Source of the DNA: a virus
Length of the DNA: 64,000 bases
Virus record (IMG/VR): IMGVR_UViG_3300030419_008098
Span: 32,745-96,744 of that record
Direction: 5' to 3' (one strand)
Positions 1 to 8,603 of this stretch are shown here, in pieces. The notes beneath the pieces were generated by a model that saw nothing but the letters and a program-made list of their open reading frames with translations, searched no databases and was not told the DNA's origin. Every line of letters starts with the position of its first letter. Positions within the stretch are counted from its first letter, which is position 1. The position numbers were made by a program, and so were the translations under genes.

Positions 1-226
1 TTCTATTTTTTAAAGCTTCAATATAAGAGCGTACATTAATTTCCCCTATCTCTCCGAGCTCAATGGGGTCTTCATTGAACCCCACCCGAGTCCCAATTAA
101 ACCTTCCGCTCTAGCAATGGAGCGCTCTAAGATAGATTCATCGTTGGTCGAAAGTAAACTGTTATCTTGCATGTATCGAGCAATAATAACTAAATTCTCA
201 ATAGCTGTTTTATCTTTATTGTCCAT
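1..226 (-). CDS. Hypothetical protein, partial (runs off window start)
   Basis: Read by hand: ATG at 226 overlaps the end of the upstream gene; frame MDNKDKTAIENLVIIARYMQ...EALKNR is open to position 1. Confidence 0.6.
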   Translation of the reverse strand, partial: MDNKDKTAIENLVIIARYMQDNSLLSTNDESILERSIARAEGLIGTRVGFNEDPIELGEIGEINVRSYIEALKNR

Positions 227-1892
227 GCTTAATAACGCCATCAGTTAATCCTCCGGCAGCTTTATTTAAATCTAATCCCACCCTTTTAGAGGCGTTAAAT
301 AATAACTTCAGATAATACAAAGGCTCTCCATGATCGTTAACATGATAAACATCGCTAAATACAATACCATCTTTATTATCGATGTGGTGTTTGTTCTCTT
401 GCCAATAGTATTTTTTTAAATTGTGATTTTCGAGGTAACCTTTTCCCTGCCACGAGTTTTCCACGAACTCTTTAAAAGACTTCGCAAAAGTACGACCCCG
501 GTCAACTTGAAGCATAATACCTCGATAGAGACCCGTATGCTTATCTAGGACGCCTTTCAGTTGATTAAGGTCGGCTAGGTATTCATCTTCGGGAAAGCGG
601 TTGAAATTAGGCAAATGGTATGACGGTTGAGCCTCGTCTTGAAAGACTAAAGCTAGTACATTGTCTTTACTAGCGGCATCTTTAAAAAATTGCAAGGTAC
701 GCTCTCCATTACCGTCAACAATGGTTACTCGTCTCTCATAAAGAGATTCATCATTATTGTAATAAGGAAGAAGCGCATCCTTTAGGAGAGTGTCTTTCAT
801 TACCTCTAGTTGCTTTCGTGTATTAAGAATGCTCCCACTACCGTCCACATGCATCATAATATGCAGGGCTCCATTGGCAGGCAGATGTTTAAAATAATCC
901 CCTCCTTTGCCGGCGTGGCTATAACCCCCTGCGCCTCTGCCGTCTCTCAAGCCTAGCCTATCTTGAGCCAGCGAAGTGGTAATCCCCGCAACTCCCCCCG
1001 CGCCGGCTCCCCCAACTAAACCGCCTACCCCGCCAGACGGAGAAAGAGAATATCCTTTAGTCCCTACACCACCTAAAGCAGGAACCGCCTTCCCGTTTAA
1101 AAGAGCCTCCCCAATTCCAGCTCCCAACCCAGCACTGCCGGCCCCCGCTCCTAAAGCGGGGGAGCCCACACCAGCTCCTATGCCGTGGCTGGGGTAATTA
1201 TAGGCATATAAATCCCCTTTTTTAGTTTTCCCCTCACCTAAAATAGAAGAATCGTCGTCGGGTTTATAATCAAAATCTCCCGCTTTCTCTTTAGCTAAGG
1301 TCAAATTTAACCCATCTTCTTTTTCTAGGCCATAATTTTCATCTTTAAGATCTTCTTCCTGAGCGGCAGTCTTTATAGCAGCTTCCATAGCCGCAATGTC
1401 TACCACCCCCTCAAAGTCTTTTCCAGATTTGTTATGAATAACATCGCTCCCATCGTGGCCGCCATGTAAAGCGACAGTAGGATCACCATGTAAACCATGG
1501 CCACTACGATGCCCAATACTCGTTTTAGTTTCAAAGCCCCCTTTTGTTAAATGATTATTTCCTCTCAATACCACCGCGTCAGAATTGTCTACTACAGCCA
1601 CTCCATGATCGTCTAGTACGAGAACATCGGCGTGGTTATCCAGTACGACACCCACTCCCCGATCTATACCCACCTCCCGCTCCAGTGCTAAAGCGGGTGC
1701 ACGTCTATCAATATAAATAAATTCTTTTTCAGTTGGAGCTATAACCAGCTCTTCCGTGTTATTTGTGTCGCCCTGAGTTATCTGCGTCTCCTCGGCACGG
1801 TTTCCGAGCACCAATAAAATAAACAAAAAGGCGCAGAGATATCCCGCGATAAGATTGAATAACAAAAACCTTTTGAGTTTATTCTTTTTCAT
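216..1892 (-). CDS. Membrane-anchored protein with His- and Gly-rich linker and C-terminal VWA/MIDAS-like domain
   Basis: Basic N-terminus followed by a hydrophobic helix; GAG-rich segment; IMMHVDGSGS matches the DxSxS MIDAS motif. Confidence 0.55.
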   Translation of the reverse strand: MKKNKLKRFLLFNLIAGYLCAFLFILLVLGNRAEETQITQGDTNNTEELVIAPTEKEFIYIDRRAPALALEREVGIDRGVGVVLDNHADVLVLDDHGVAVVDNSDAVVLRGNNHLTKGGFETKTSIGHRSGHGLHGDPTVALHGGHDGSDVIHNKSGKDFEGVVDIAAMEAAIKTAAQEEDLKDENYGLEKEDGLNLTLAKEKAGDFDYKPDDDSSILGEGKTKKGDLYAYNYPSHGIGAGVGSPALGAGAGSAGLGAGIGEALLNGKAVPALGGVGTKGYSLSPSGGVGGLVGGAGAGGVAGITTSLAQDRLGLRDGRGAGGYSHAGKGGDYFKHLPANGALHIMMHVDGSGSILNTRKQLEVMKDTLLKDALLPYYNNDESLYERRVTIVDGNGERTLQFFKDAASKDNVLALVFQDEAQPSYHLPNFNRFPEDEYLADLNQLKGVLDKHTGLYRGIMLQVDRGRTFAKSFKEFVENSWQGKGYLENHNLKKYYWQENKHHIDNKDGIVFSDVYHVNDHGEPLYYLKLLFNASKRVGLDLNKAAGGLTDGVIKHGQ

Positions 1893-2397
1893 TCTTTTTC
1901 TTCTGAGCTTTTTTCCAGGCAGTGGGAGAGGGCCTATCCTTATCTCCCGGCTTCGCTGGTTTGTATTTTTTACCCATCTTCTTTTTCTTTTCTCTGATGT
2001 TATCCCATAGCCCTTTTTCCCCTTCGGATTCGTCCAGCTCGTTCTCTAAACCCTCTTCTCCTTCCGTAATATTAGTAACACTCTTTCCCGACCACATTTT
2101 ACAACTCCAATATCTAGCTTTAGTTTTCGGCCCTGGGTTGTCGCAGTTGTGGCGCGCTCTAAAACTTTTTCGGCGCTGGGGATCATCACGCTTTATTTCC
2201 ATATTAGGGTCACCAAAATTAACCTTCACCACATTTCCTTTTTCGTTTTTTACATAAACAGAGAACTTCTTAGGGCCTTTTGGAGTTCTGAAAGGTTTGT
2301 TTAATTTTTTACCGGCTTGCTCGGCGGCACCCCAGGCTTCATGGGAAACGGGCTCTTCCGTTCCATCATTAATTTTATCTGAAAAATCTAGTTCCAT
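1879..2397 (-). CDS. Conserved basic phage protein (RRKSFRARHNC/ARYWSC family, DUF6321-like)
   Basis: Motifs VKVNFGDPNM, RRKSFRARHNC, KTKARYWSC typical of a widespread phage family. Confidence 0.6.
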   Translation of the reverse strand: MELDFSDKINDGTEEPVSHEAWGAAEQAGKKLNKPFRTPKGPKKFSVYVKNEKGNVVKVNFGDPNMEIKRDDPQRRKSFRARHNCDNPGPKTKARYWSCKMWSGKSVTNITEGEEGLENELDESEGEKGLWDNIREKKKKMGKKYKPAKPGDKDRPSPTAWKKAQKKKNEKE

Positions 2398-2413
2398 GGT
2401 AATATAATTTTAT

Positions 2414-2572
2414 TTACTTACACTTACAATTTCCCGAAAACGCACAATCTTCCGCAGAACAGTCAGTACAGCGACAAATTTTATCTCCATTACATTTGTG
2501 GGAAGGGTAATTGTGGGGAAGAGGGTAGCACCCTCCAATAAATACAGTTAGTAATAAGACGTATTTTTTCAT
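2414..2572 (-). CDS. Small Cys-rich lipoprotein (52 aa, absent from ORF track)
   Basis: Hand translation MKKYVLLLTVFIGG-CYPLPHNYPSHKCNGDKICRCTDCSAEDCAFSGNCKCK; lipobox; fills the gap between genes; GTGTATAAT motif 9 nt upstream. Confidence 0.7.
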   Translation of the reverse strand: MKKYVLLLTVFIGGCYPLPHNYPSHKCNGDKICRCTDCSAEDCAFSGNCKCK

Positions 2573-2589
2573 AATTTATTATACACGAG

Positions 2590-2901
2590 TTAATTCTTAA
2601 TATTATATATTACACTTAGTATAAAATCCAGATTAAAAGAATTAATAGAATCAATGTTTAAGTTGCCGCCTCGTGATGCAACCTTGAATCCTCTTTCATG
2701 TTCGGTAGGTTTGAGTAAGTAAGAAATGAAATCATGAGCCCCACGAGACTTTAACCACTTCCAGTAGAAACTCCGCGTGCCTAATTCACATTCTAATAAA
2801 ATATCCTCACAAACAAAAGTTTTAGCATATAAAGTCACATCTCTGAAACACGTGCTCTCACTGGGGGGAGCACAAAGAGGTGCCTCTATAATAAGGTTCA
2901 C
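2590..2901 (-). CDS. Hypothetical protein
   Basis: Start overlaps the upstream stop codon; co-oriented with neighbours. Confidence 0.6.
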   Translation of the reverse strand: MNLIIEAPLCAPPSESTCFRDVTLYAKTFVCEDILLECELGTRSFYWKWLKSRGAHDFISYLLKPTEHERGFKVASRGGNLNIDSINSFNLDFILSVIYNIKN

Positions 2902-3149
2902 CGCTTTTTAGATTTAACTGACTGAACTAAATCGTAAAGCTTACGAATATCGTTTCGCCGGTCTTCGAGACGTTTGTCCGTGGAAGCCCACCGTTCTCGA
3001 TCCCGCACCTCATTTTTTGCTAAAGTTACATTGATTTCATTAAGTAAACCATCCATTTCCGTTAAACGCCTATTTTCTCGTTTAAGAAAATAACCAATTA
3101 CCGAGATCGCTGTCCCGATTCCCATGAGCCAAAATTCACCATACTCCAT
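2898..3149 (-). CDS. Small single-TM coiled-coil protein (holin/XhlA-like architecture)
   Basis: N-terminal hydrophobic helix FWLMGIGTAISVIGYFL followed by a charged helical tail. Confidence 0.45.
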   Translation of the reverse strand: MEYGEFWLMGIGTAISVIGYFLKRENRRLTEMDGLLNEINVTLAKNEVRDRERWASTDKRLEDRRNDIRKLYDLVQSVKSKKR

Positions 3150-3163
3150 ATTGGAATATACAC

Positions 3164-3194
3164 AAAAAAGGGCGCCAACCGAAGCTGGCGCCCT
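3164..3194 (-). terminator. Rho-independent terminator after hsp20
   Basis: Minus strand GGGCGCCAGC-TTCG-GTTGGCGCCC followed by TTTTTT. Confidence 0.9.
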
Positions 3195-3219
3195 GCGTTC
3201 AGGAGGAGTGGGCGTAAAT

Positions 3220-3708
3220 TTATAAAATTTTAACCTTTTTAGGTGCCGTCGCTTCCTTTTTGGGAACGGAAATCAATAATATTCCATTATTAAATGAGGC
3301 TTCAATTTTTTTATAGTTAATATTTTTACCAAGTTTAAAAGAACGCTTAAAGGAAGAACGCTTTAATTCTTTACGGATATAGCGAGCATTTCTCTGCGTA
3401 TCATGACCTGTTTTAGCTGCACACGATCCGGAAATAGTAAGAACATTCTCTTCGAGGTCGACGGAAACATCTTCTTTTCCTAAACCCGGAATTTCCGCTT
3501 CAATGGTAATCTTATCCTCGTGATCAATTACATCCACCTTGGGGTAAGAGTTGTTCCCGAAAAACTCCACGCCAAATTCTTGGCTAAAGGTGGGGTACGC
3601 CTTACTTATGATATTATCGAATAAAGAGTCGAAGGGCGTAAGAAACTCTTCTCGATTATTGAATAGTTCGCGATTGAACTTTGATATTTGCTGTTTTGAT
3701 TGTGTCAT
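3220..3708 (-). CDS. Small heat-shock protein Hsp20/alpha-crystallin
   Basis: YPKVDV, AEIPGLGKEDVSV, LTISG, SFKRSFKL, ASFNNGILLISVPK; AAGGAG SD at 3714-3719. Confidence 0.95.
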   Translation of the reverse strand: MTQSKQQISKFNRELFNNREEFLTPFDSLFDNIISKAYPTFSQEFGVEFFGNNSYPKVDVIDHEDKITIEAEIPGLGKEDVSVDLEENVLTISGSCAAKTGHDTQRNARYIRKELKRSSFKRSFKLGKNINYKKIEASFNNGILLISVPKKEATAPKKVKIL

Positions 3709-3777
3709 AATAACTCCTTTTAGATGTTAGTGAGCCTTTTAAGTGCTCAGGAAGCCTCTGTGAGTACTTCTGCTTAT

Positions 3778-3805
3778 ATAGTAACATAAAATCTATAAAA
3801 GTCAA
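3778..3805 (-). promoter_or_regulatory. Sigma70-type promoter of hsp20
   Basis: TTGACT-N16-TACTAT with TGn extension. Confidence 0.6.
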
Positions 3806-4257
3806 GAATTTTTAATACGTAAAGTATCGCAATAAAAATTAATAACCTCTAAAATACCCGCATCCAGCGGCGAAAGAGAGGGAAGGGTCGAAATTTTAAA
3901 ATAATCTGCGGTAGTATGCTCTTCATCTAAGGTTGGTTTAAATAAAAAATTTAATTCATGGGCATACAAAATTAAACTGCGGTTAGGGCCGCTTACCTCT
4001 TTTATGTATTTTAAAGAATGAAGTGGAACTTCCAGACCAGTCTCCTCTCGTAGCTCACGCTGGCCGCATACCAAGGGGTTTTCCCCTTCTTCTATCGCCC
4101 CTGTAAAAGGAGACCAATAACCCCCAAAAACAACAGGATGGCCGCGATATTCTACACAACGTTTCCCTAAAAGAACAGCGTCTTTATAAAAAAGTAACAC
4201 TCCTGCCGCTCTAGATGTTGAAGGGGTCGGGTCGGTTCCAGTGGGGGCAACCTTCAT
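3802..4257 (-). CDS. Nudix hydrolase
   Basis: Nudix box GAIEEGENPLVCGQRELREETGL. Confidence 0.9.
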   Translation of the reverse strand: MKVAPTGTDPTPSTSRAAGVLLFYKDAVLLGKRCVEYRGHPVVFGGYWSPFTGAIEEGENPLVCGQRELREETGLEVPLHSLKYIKEVSGPNRSLILYAHELNFLFKPTLDEEHTTADYFKISTLPSLSPLDAGILEVINFYCDTLRIKNS

Positions 4258-5287
4258 AATATCTTTCCTCTATTGTCTCACCCTTCTCTGCGTTGGGGTG
4301 AAGTTCCTCTTTGTCTTCTGTAAAAACACTCCGTTTCACTTTACCGTCTTTGTTTAGTAATACATAATAGGTGGAAGGTTTGCGATAAGCGCAAATATAG
4401 GCAGGGATAGGGTTCCCCTCTTTATCTAGGACAGGTTTTCCTCTATACATTTTATGGCCATCCTTTCCGCACATCAAAGGACCCCCAAAGGTTCCGTCAG
4501 CAGGGTACTTTCCTCTAGCGGCTAAGTTAAGAACAGCCTCTTTTTCGGAAAAGGAATCTATAAATACTTGGACTTCGGTTAAATAGTGCTCGAAGCCTTC
4601 TAGTTCGGCCTCGGAAACCGCTTCCATGCGGACAATACCGGAACCAGGCTTACCAAAAAGGTCTTCAGTTAAGTCAAATTTAAGGAAAACAAATTCAGAT
4701 TGACGCTTGAGATATTCCGGGTAAAGATGTTTGACAGCTAAAGAATACATTAAGTTTTGTAAATTATCCGTTAATTCATTTCCTTTAAAAACCCGCTTAC
4801 TGCTTTTGAAATCTCGAATTATAGCTTTCTTTTTGCGGGAATACAGAAAAAGTTTATCAATGAAGCCTCGAATAGAATATTTTTTACCATCTTCGTCTAT
4901 TACAATATTGAACTCTTCTTCCGAAATTCCTTGGGCCGGCTTCTCTTTTGTGTCTCCGTAAAAATCATAATGCAAACCATTGACAATCATCTTGTCAATA
5001 AGAGCCAAGTTCTCTTTGTCATCCACTTCTAGCTTGCGAGAATAGATGTCCACTAATCTCCCTACAGCCTTACTAGCCCACACTGTACCCCCTTTAAGAA
5101 TCTTTTTATAATGATGGTGGTGGCGAGGGTTACCCAAGCATTCAAAAACCAAATGACATACGCTCCCCCTCGAAGCCCCATCATTGGAGCGATCTGGCAT
5201 TTTAAGCTTATACTTGCACCAATAGATCCAAGAGCAATCTTTAGCCGTTTTTATCCGGCTCGCGGAAAGCGGAGTGAGGTTACTCAT
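4211..5287 (-). CDS. PD-(D/E)XK exonuclease (RecB/PDDEXK_1-like)
   Basis: LSASRIK, RGSVCH, RGFIDKL, IRDFKSS motifs; start set at MSNL (track starts 5293). Confidence 0.85.
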   Translation of the reverse strand: MSNLTPLSASRIKTAKDCSWIYWCKYKLKMPDRSNDGASRGSVCHLVFECLGNPRHHHHYKKILKGGTVWASKAVGRLVDIYSRKLEVDDKENLALIDKMIVNGLHYDFYGDTKEKPAQGISEEEFNIVIDEDGKKYSIRGFIDKLFLYSRKKKAIIRDFKSSKRVFKGNELTDNLQNLMYSLAVKHLYPEYLKRQSEFVFLKFDLTEDLFGKPGSGIVRMEAVSEAELEGFEHYLTEVQVFIDSFSEKEAVLNLAARGKYPADGTFGGPLMCGKDGHKMYRGKPVLDKEGNPIPAYICAYRKPSTYYVLLNKDGKVKRSVFTEDKEELHPNAEKGETIEERYYEGCPHWNRPDPFNI

Positions 5288-6329
5288 CTCCAAAGGCCGC
5301 TAATAATTTACGGTTTTTAATAAGCTTTTTTGAGAGTTGGCGGTTCTGGACAAGGGATTTAGAGTGCTCTAAAACCTTTTTGTAATGAGTTGAAGGATCT
5401 AGATCCTCTACCTTAGTTATCCATTTTTCAAAATTTTTTGAATCCATGTCCCCAAAATCATTACACATTGGCAGGCAAATAAACAATTTCTGATAATCAA
5501 AAAAGGATAATAATTTAAGATAACTTTTAAGAGAGCCAGTTAATCCCCTGTTTTCATTACTCTCAGAGTCATTATTGAAAGATAAAATGATTTTAGAAGG
5601 ATTAAACTGCACTAAGACCGAAATAAGGGCTGGACTTATATCCAAACCAAAACTAACCAGGACATTATAATGCCCTTGTTGATGAAAAGCCAAGAGGTCT
5701 CCAATGCTCTCCACCAAAATAACATAATCCGCCTCCTCTAAGGAGGATAGAAAAAAGGGATTTACATACGCAGGATAGACCCAGTGAGACTTACGACCCA
5801 CATGCTTCCATTTGGGGCGATTGGGTTTATTGAGCATGTCTCTCCCCGAGTACCCATGAATCTGCTCAAATTCATTATAAATAGGAAACACTAACCGTTG
5901 ATACATTCGACCTTGCGTGGCTAGACCGCACTTTAACTTTTTTAACACGGGATCATCTATCCCTCTGTCATTATAAAACCGATAATGAGGTAAAAGTTTT
6001 TTTAAAGAATCCTCGGGGTATATTTCTTCCATTTGTAGTTTCTTGGGAGGGGGAGCTGTCTGCTTGGTCAAGTTTAGAAACTTTTTAGTGTCAACTAATT
6101 TTTTAAATTCGTCGCTATCCTTCCCTAGGGATTTTTCCACTAACCTCTCAAACTTAAGGGGAGGAGTGTTGCTTACAAAATCCCGCCACACCCCAGTATC
6201 TTTATAAATTTGAAGAGCCGTCTGGTTGTCCCCGTTCCTAAAAACAGCACTCGTCTGCCAATAGGAACCTCGATCATGTAATTTATACCCCAAAGAAGTT
6301 AAAACGTCATATATTTCCTGCGTGTTCAC
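5280..6329 (-). CDS. DnaG-like primase (TOPRIM)
   Basis: RLVFPIYN..IHGYSGR, PKWKH, ILVESIGDLLA; adjacent to DnaB. Confidence 0.85.
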   Translation of the reverse strand: MNTQEIYDVLTSLGYKLHDRGSYWQTSAVFRNGDNQTALQIYKDTGVWRDFVSNTPPLKFERLVEKSLGKDSDEFKKLVDTKKFLNLTKQTAPPPKKLQMEEIYPEDSLKKLLPHYRFYNDRGIDDPVLKKLKCGLATQGRMYQRLVFPIYNEFEQIHGYSGRDMLNKPNRPKWKHVGRKSHWVYPAYVNPFFLSSLEEADYVILVESIGDLLAFHQQGHYNVLVSFGLDISPALISVLVQFNPSKIILSFNNDSESNENRGLTGSLKSYLKLLSFFDYQKLFICLPMCNDFGDMDSKNFEKWITKVEDLDPSTHYKKVLEHSKSLVQNRQLSKKLIKNRKLLAAFGDE

Positions 6330-7852
6330 AAATCTACCCCTTCATCTTCACCATCTTCCTCGGCCTGACCCCCAAGGCTCATAGCCTCCACTTGATCCTG
6401 AAGGTCACCGACTTCTACAATGCTGAAATTATCCATTTCAAGATTGATGTGGTTCATCACTTTAGAGCCATCATCCTTTTCGACATAACCTAAAGCCCTC
6501 TGCACATTAGTCCCTAAATGGCGGCATTTAAATTTTTCTAAAACACAATTCCCAAATTGAGCATTCTCTTCTTGGATTTCTTCGGCAACCTTAACGCGCA
6601 AATGAAACATGTGGGAACAGTATTGAATAATTCTATCTGAAAGGGAAACAATGCTTTCATCGTTAAGGATGTTTTCCGGTCTACGATTAGTGACCACGCC
6701 AGACCTATTGCTTTGCACACTCGTAATCATAGAAATAACTGGAGTAGGTTTTCCGTTCTCATCTTCCCCTTGTATTTCTTTGGTGATTAGGTTTTTAAAA
6801 GAAGTAACTAAATCCCCCACTACCTCCCACTCGTTACTGTTTTTCCCTCGCATCGAACTGGTCGTCTTAATGTAATCAAAGCTAAAAATCATAGGATTGT
6901 TGCGTTTAACTTTAGAATAATAAAAACGCCTTAGAATATTAAGCATAGAGGGTACATCCATCCCCGCCACACTATAATAATAGAGCTTCATCTTTTTGAT
7001 TTTAGGCCAAAGATTACGAATTTTATCGACGCAGTCTTGGTTTTGTCGCCACGTTCCATGTTGGATCATGGTAAGAGGCACTCCAGTTAAAGCCGCACAC
7101 TGACGCCATACAAGTTCTTCTTGACTCATTTCTCCATTATCAAAATGAAGAATGGGGATATTGTCATATTTAAGTGCAGCCTTACTGACGAAATCCAGGC
7201 AAAAAGTGGTTTTACCGACACCAGAACGAGCCACTATCACACTTATATTGCCGGGCAAAAGCAAAGAACCGTAAAGTTCATTGATGCGAGGGTGGGGCCC
7301 CATGATGCCAAATTCCTCAACCGGGTTATTCCCTCGGTCTTCCACCAGAAACTCCATGTCTTCATAAATATTCTCGGGGGAACTGCTATCGACAGAGTAG
7401 CTTTCTAAAGAGTCATGAAAAATAGAATCCGCCGCTCCAATAATCTCATCATGAGTAGAAGAAGAGTCCAAGGAGAGCATTTTCTTGCAGACTCCTTGGC
7501 CAGCAGCCCAAACCTTGCGTAGCAAAGTAACTCTACCAAGAGATTTAACGGCAGTTATAACTCCGGATTTATTAATTTTTCGCATTCCCAACTTCTGTAT
7601 AAAATTGGTAATGTCTAATTGATCCTCAAAGGTAATATTTAAATCAATTATTCTTTGGGCTAAAATAATTTCATCAATTTCCTCGCCTCTGTCCAACGCC
7701 ATCTTTAAAACTTTAAAAATGGTTTGGTTAACCTGACTACTCTCAGTATAAAAATCTTTTTCAGAAATATACGGAGCCACCTCAGCATAAACAGAGGGGA
7801 TTTTAATTAAGCCAGCGAGCACATGTTGCTCTAGTTCATATGAGTATATCAT
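6326..7852 (-). CDS. dnaB: Replicative DNA helicase, DnaB family
   Basis: DnaB N-terminal domain (LEQHVLAGL..DFY), Walker A ARSGVGKT, EMS, FDYI, QSNR. Confidence 0.92.
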   Translation of the reverse strand: MIYSYELEQHVLAGLIKIPSVYAEVAPYISEKDFYTESSQVNQTIFKVLKMALDRGEEIDEIILAQRIIDLNITFEDQLDITNFIQKLGMRKINKSGVITAVKSLGRVTLLRKVWAAGQGVCKKMLSLDSSSTHDEIIGAADSIFHDSLESYSVDSSSPENIYEDMEFLVEDRGNNPVEEFGIMGPHPRINELYGSLLLPGNISVIVARSGVGKTTFCLDFVSKAALKYDNIPILHFDNGEMSQEELVWRQCAALTGVPLTMIQHGTWRQNQDCVDKIRNLWPKIKKMKLYYYSVAGMDVPSMLNILRRFYYSKVKRNNPMIFSFDYIKTTSSMRGKNSNEWEVVGDLVTSFKNLITKEIQGEDENGKPTPVISMITSVQSNRSGVVTNRRPENILNDESIVSLSDRIIQYCSHMFHLRVKVAEEIQEENAQFGNCVLEKFKCRHLGTNVQRALGYVEKDDGSKVMNHINLEMDNFSIVEVGDLQDQVEAMSLGGQAEEDGEDEGVDL

Positions 7853-7858
7853 CGTCTA

Positions 7859-7887
7859 ATTCTACCACAGACGACGGGGATTGTCAA
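7859..7887 (-). promoter_or_regulatory. Sigma70-type promoter, probably giving a leaderless dnaB mRNA
   Basis: TTGACA-N17-TAGAAT (TGn extended), then 6 nt, then ATG. Confidence 0.8.
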
Positions 7888-7893
7888 TAACTT

Positions 7894-8160
7894 TTATTCG
7901 TCTACTTGACCGAAGCTTGTATCAATATCGGTTTGGGTCGCTTGCTTTAAATATTCCTCCATAGCTTTGCGTAATCCCATCTCGATAAGTTGGCTTTCGG
8001 TCTTAGAATAAATCATCGGAGTACCATCCTGCCCCGCAAAAATCAACAGAAACCCCTTCCCTGCGTCACCGTTGCCGGAAAAATTATAGAGTTGCTCTAG
8101 TGTATTCTCCGGAAGATGAAAATTAGGAATATTTTCTGGGTCTAAATTGAAGTCGTCCAT
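7894..8160 (-). CDS. Hypothetical acidic protein
   Basis: Co-oriented ORF with TGGACA-N17-TATAAT / GTGTATAAT directly upstream. Confidence 0.65.
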   Translation of the reverse strand: MDDFNLDPENIPNFHLPENTLEQLYNFSGNGDAGKGFLLIFAGQDGTPMIYSKTESQLIEMGLRKAMEEYLKQATQTDIDTSFGQVDE

Positions 8161-8195
8161 GTTTTATTATACACTTTATATATCGGTTTGTCCAC

Positions 8196-8603
8196 TTATA
8201 AATATACCCCTTGAGACTCAAAAAGAGTTTTGGTAAGGTCATCCTCGGGGTAAATTTCCACTAACTTAATGGCATTTAATTTGCAGAAATCCAGTTTTTG
8301 TTGATCGCGCCTTAATTGTTTTACAAATTCGCCTCGCCGTTGATGAAAAAACGGTACATACTTAGTGTGTTGCCTGCCTTGAACTTCTACGGCAATTTTT
8401 TTAGTGGCATTATAAAAGTCTAAAGTCATGCGCGTTCCCACAATAGGAAATTCCTCGAAAACCACATAATTCTCCCAATATTTTTTAAGAAATTGTTTGG
8501 CGGCAAACTGGCATTTACTGCGACTTTGTTGCGGCCAGTTTATTAAATAGTTTTTAGGTTTAGGGAGGCGCTTCAGGGAACCCGTTAAGGTTTTGAACTT
8601 CAT
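8196..8603 (-). CDS. DUF559/Vsr-like PD-(D/E)XK endonuclease
   Basis: EEFPI..LDFY..KIAVEVQGRQH..RDQQK. Confidence 0.8.
   Translation of the reverse strand: MKFKTLTGSLKRLPKPKNYLINWPQQSRSKCQFAAKQFLKKYWENYVVFEEFPIVGTRMTLDFYNATKKIAVEVQGRQHTKYVPFFHQRRGEFVKQLRRDQQKLDFCKLNAIKLVEIYPEDDLTKTLFESQGVYL

Noticed and set aside
3731-3770. CIRCE-like half sites (TGAGCACTT, GAAGTACTC) before hsp20
   Set aside because: They do not form the TTAGCACTC-N9-GAGTGCTAA inverted repeat; better read as RNA hairpins
4211-5287. Cas4 / CRISPR system
   Set aside because: No repeat-spacer array or other cas genes were seen; the context is replication/recombination
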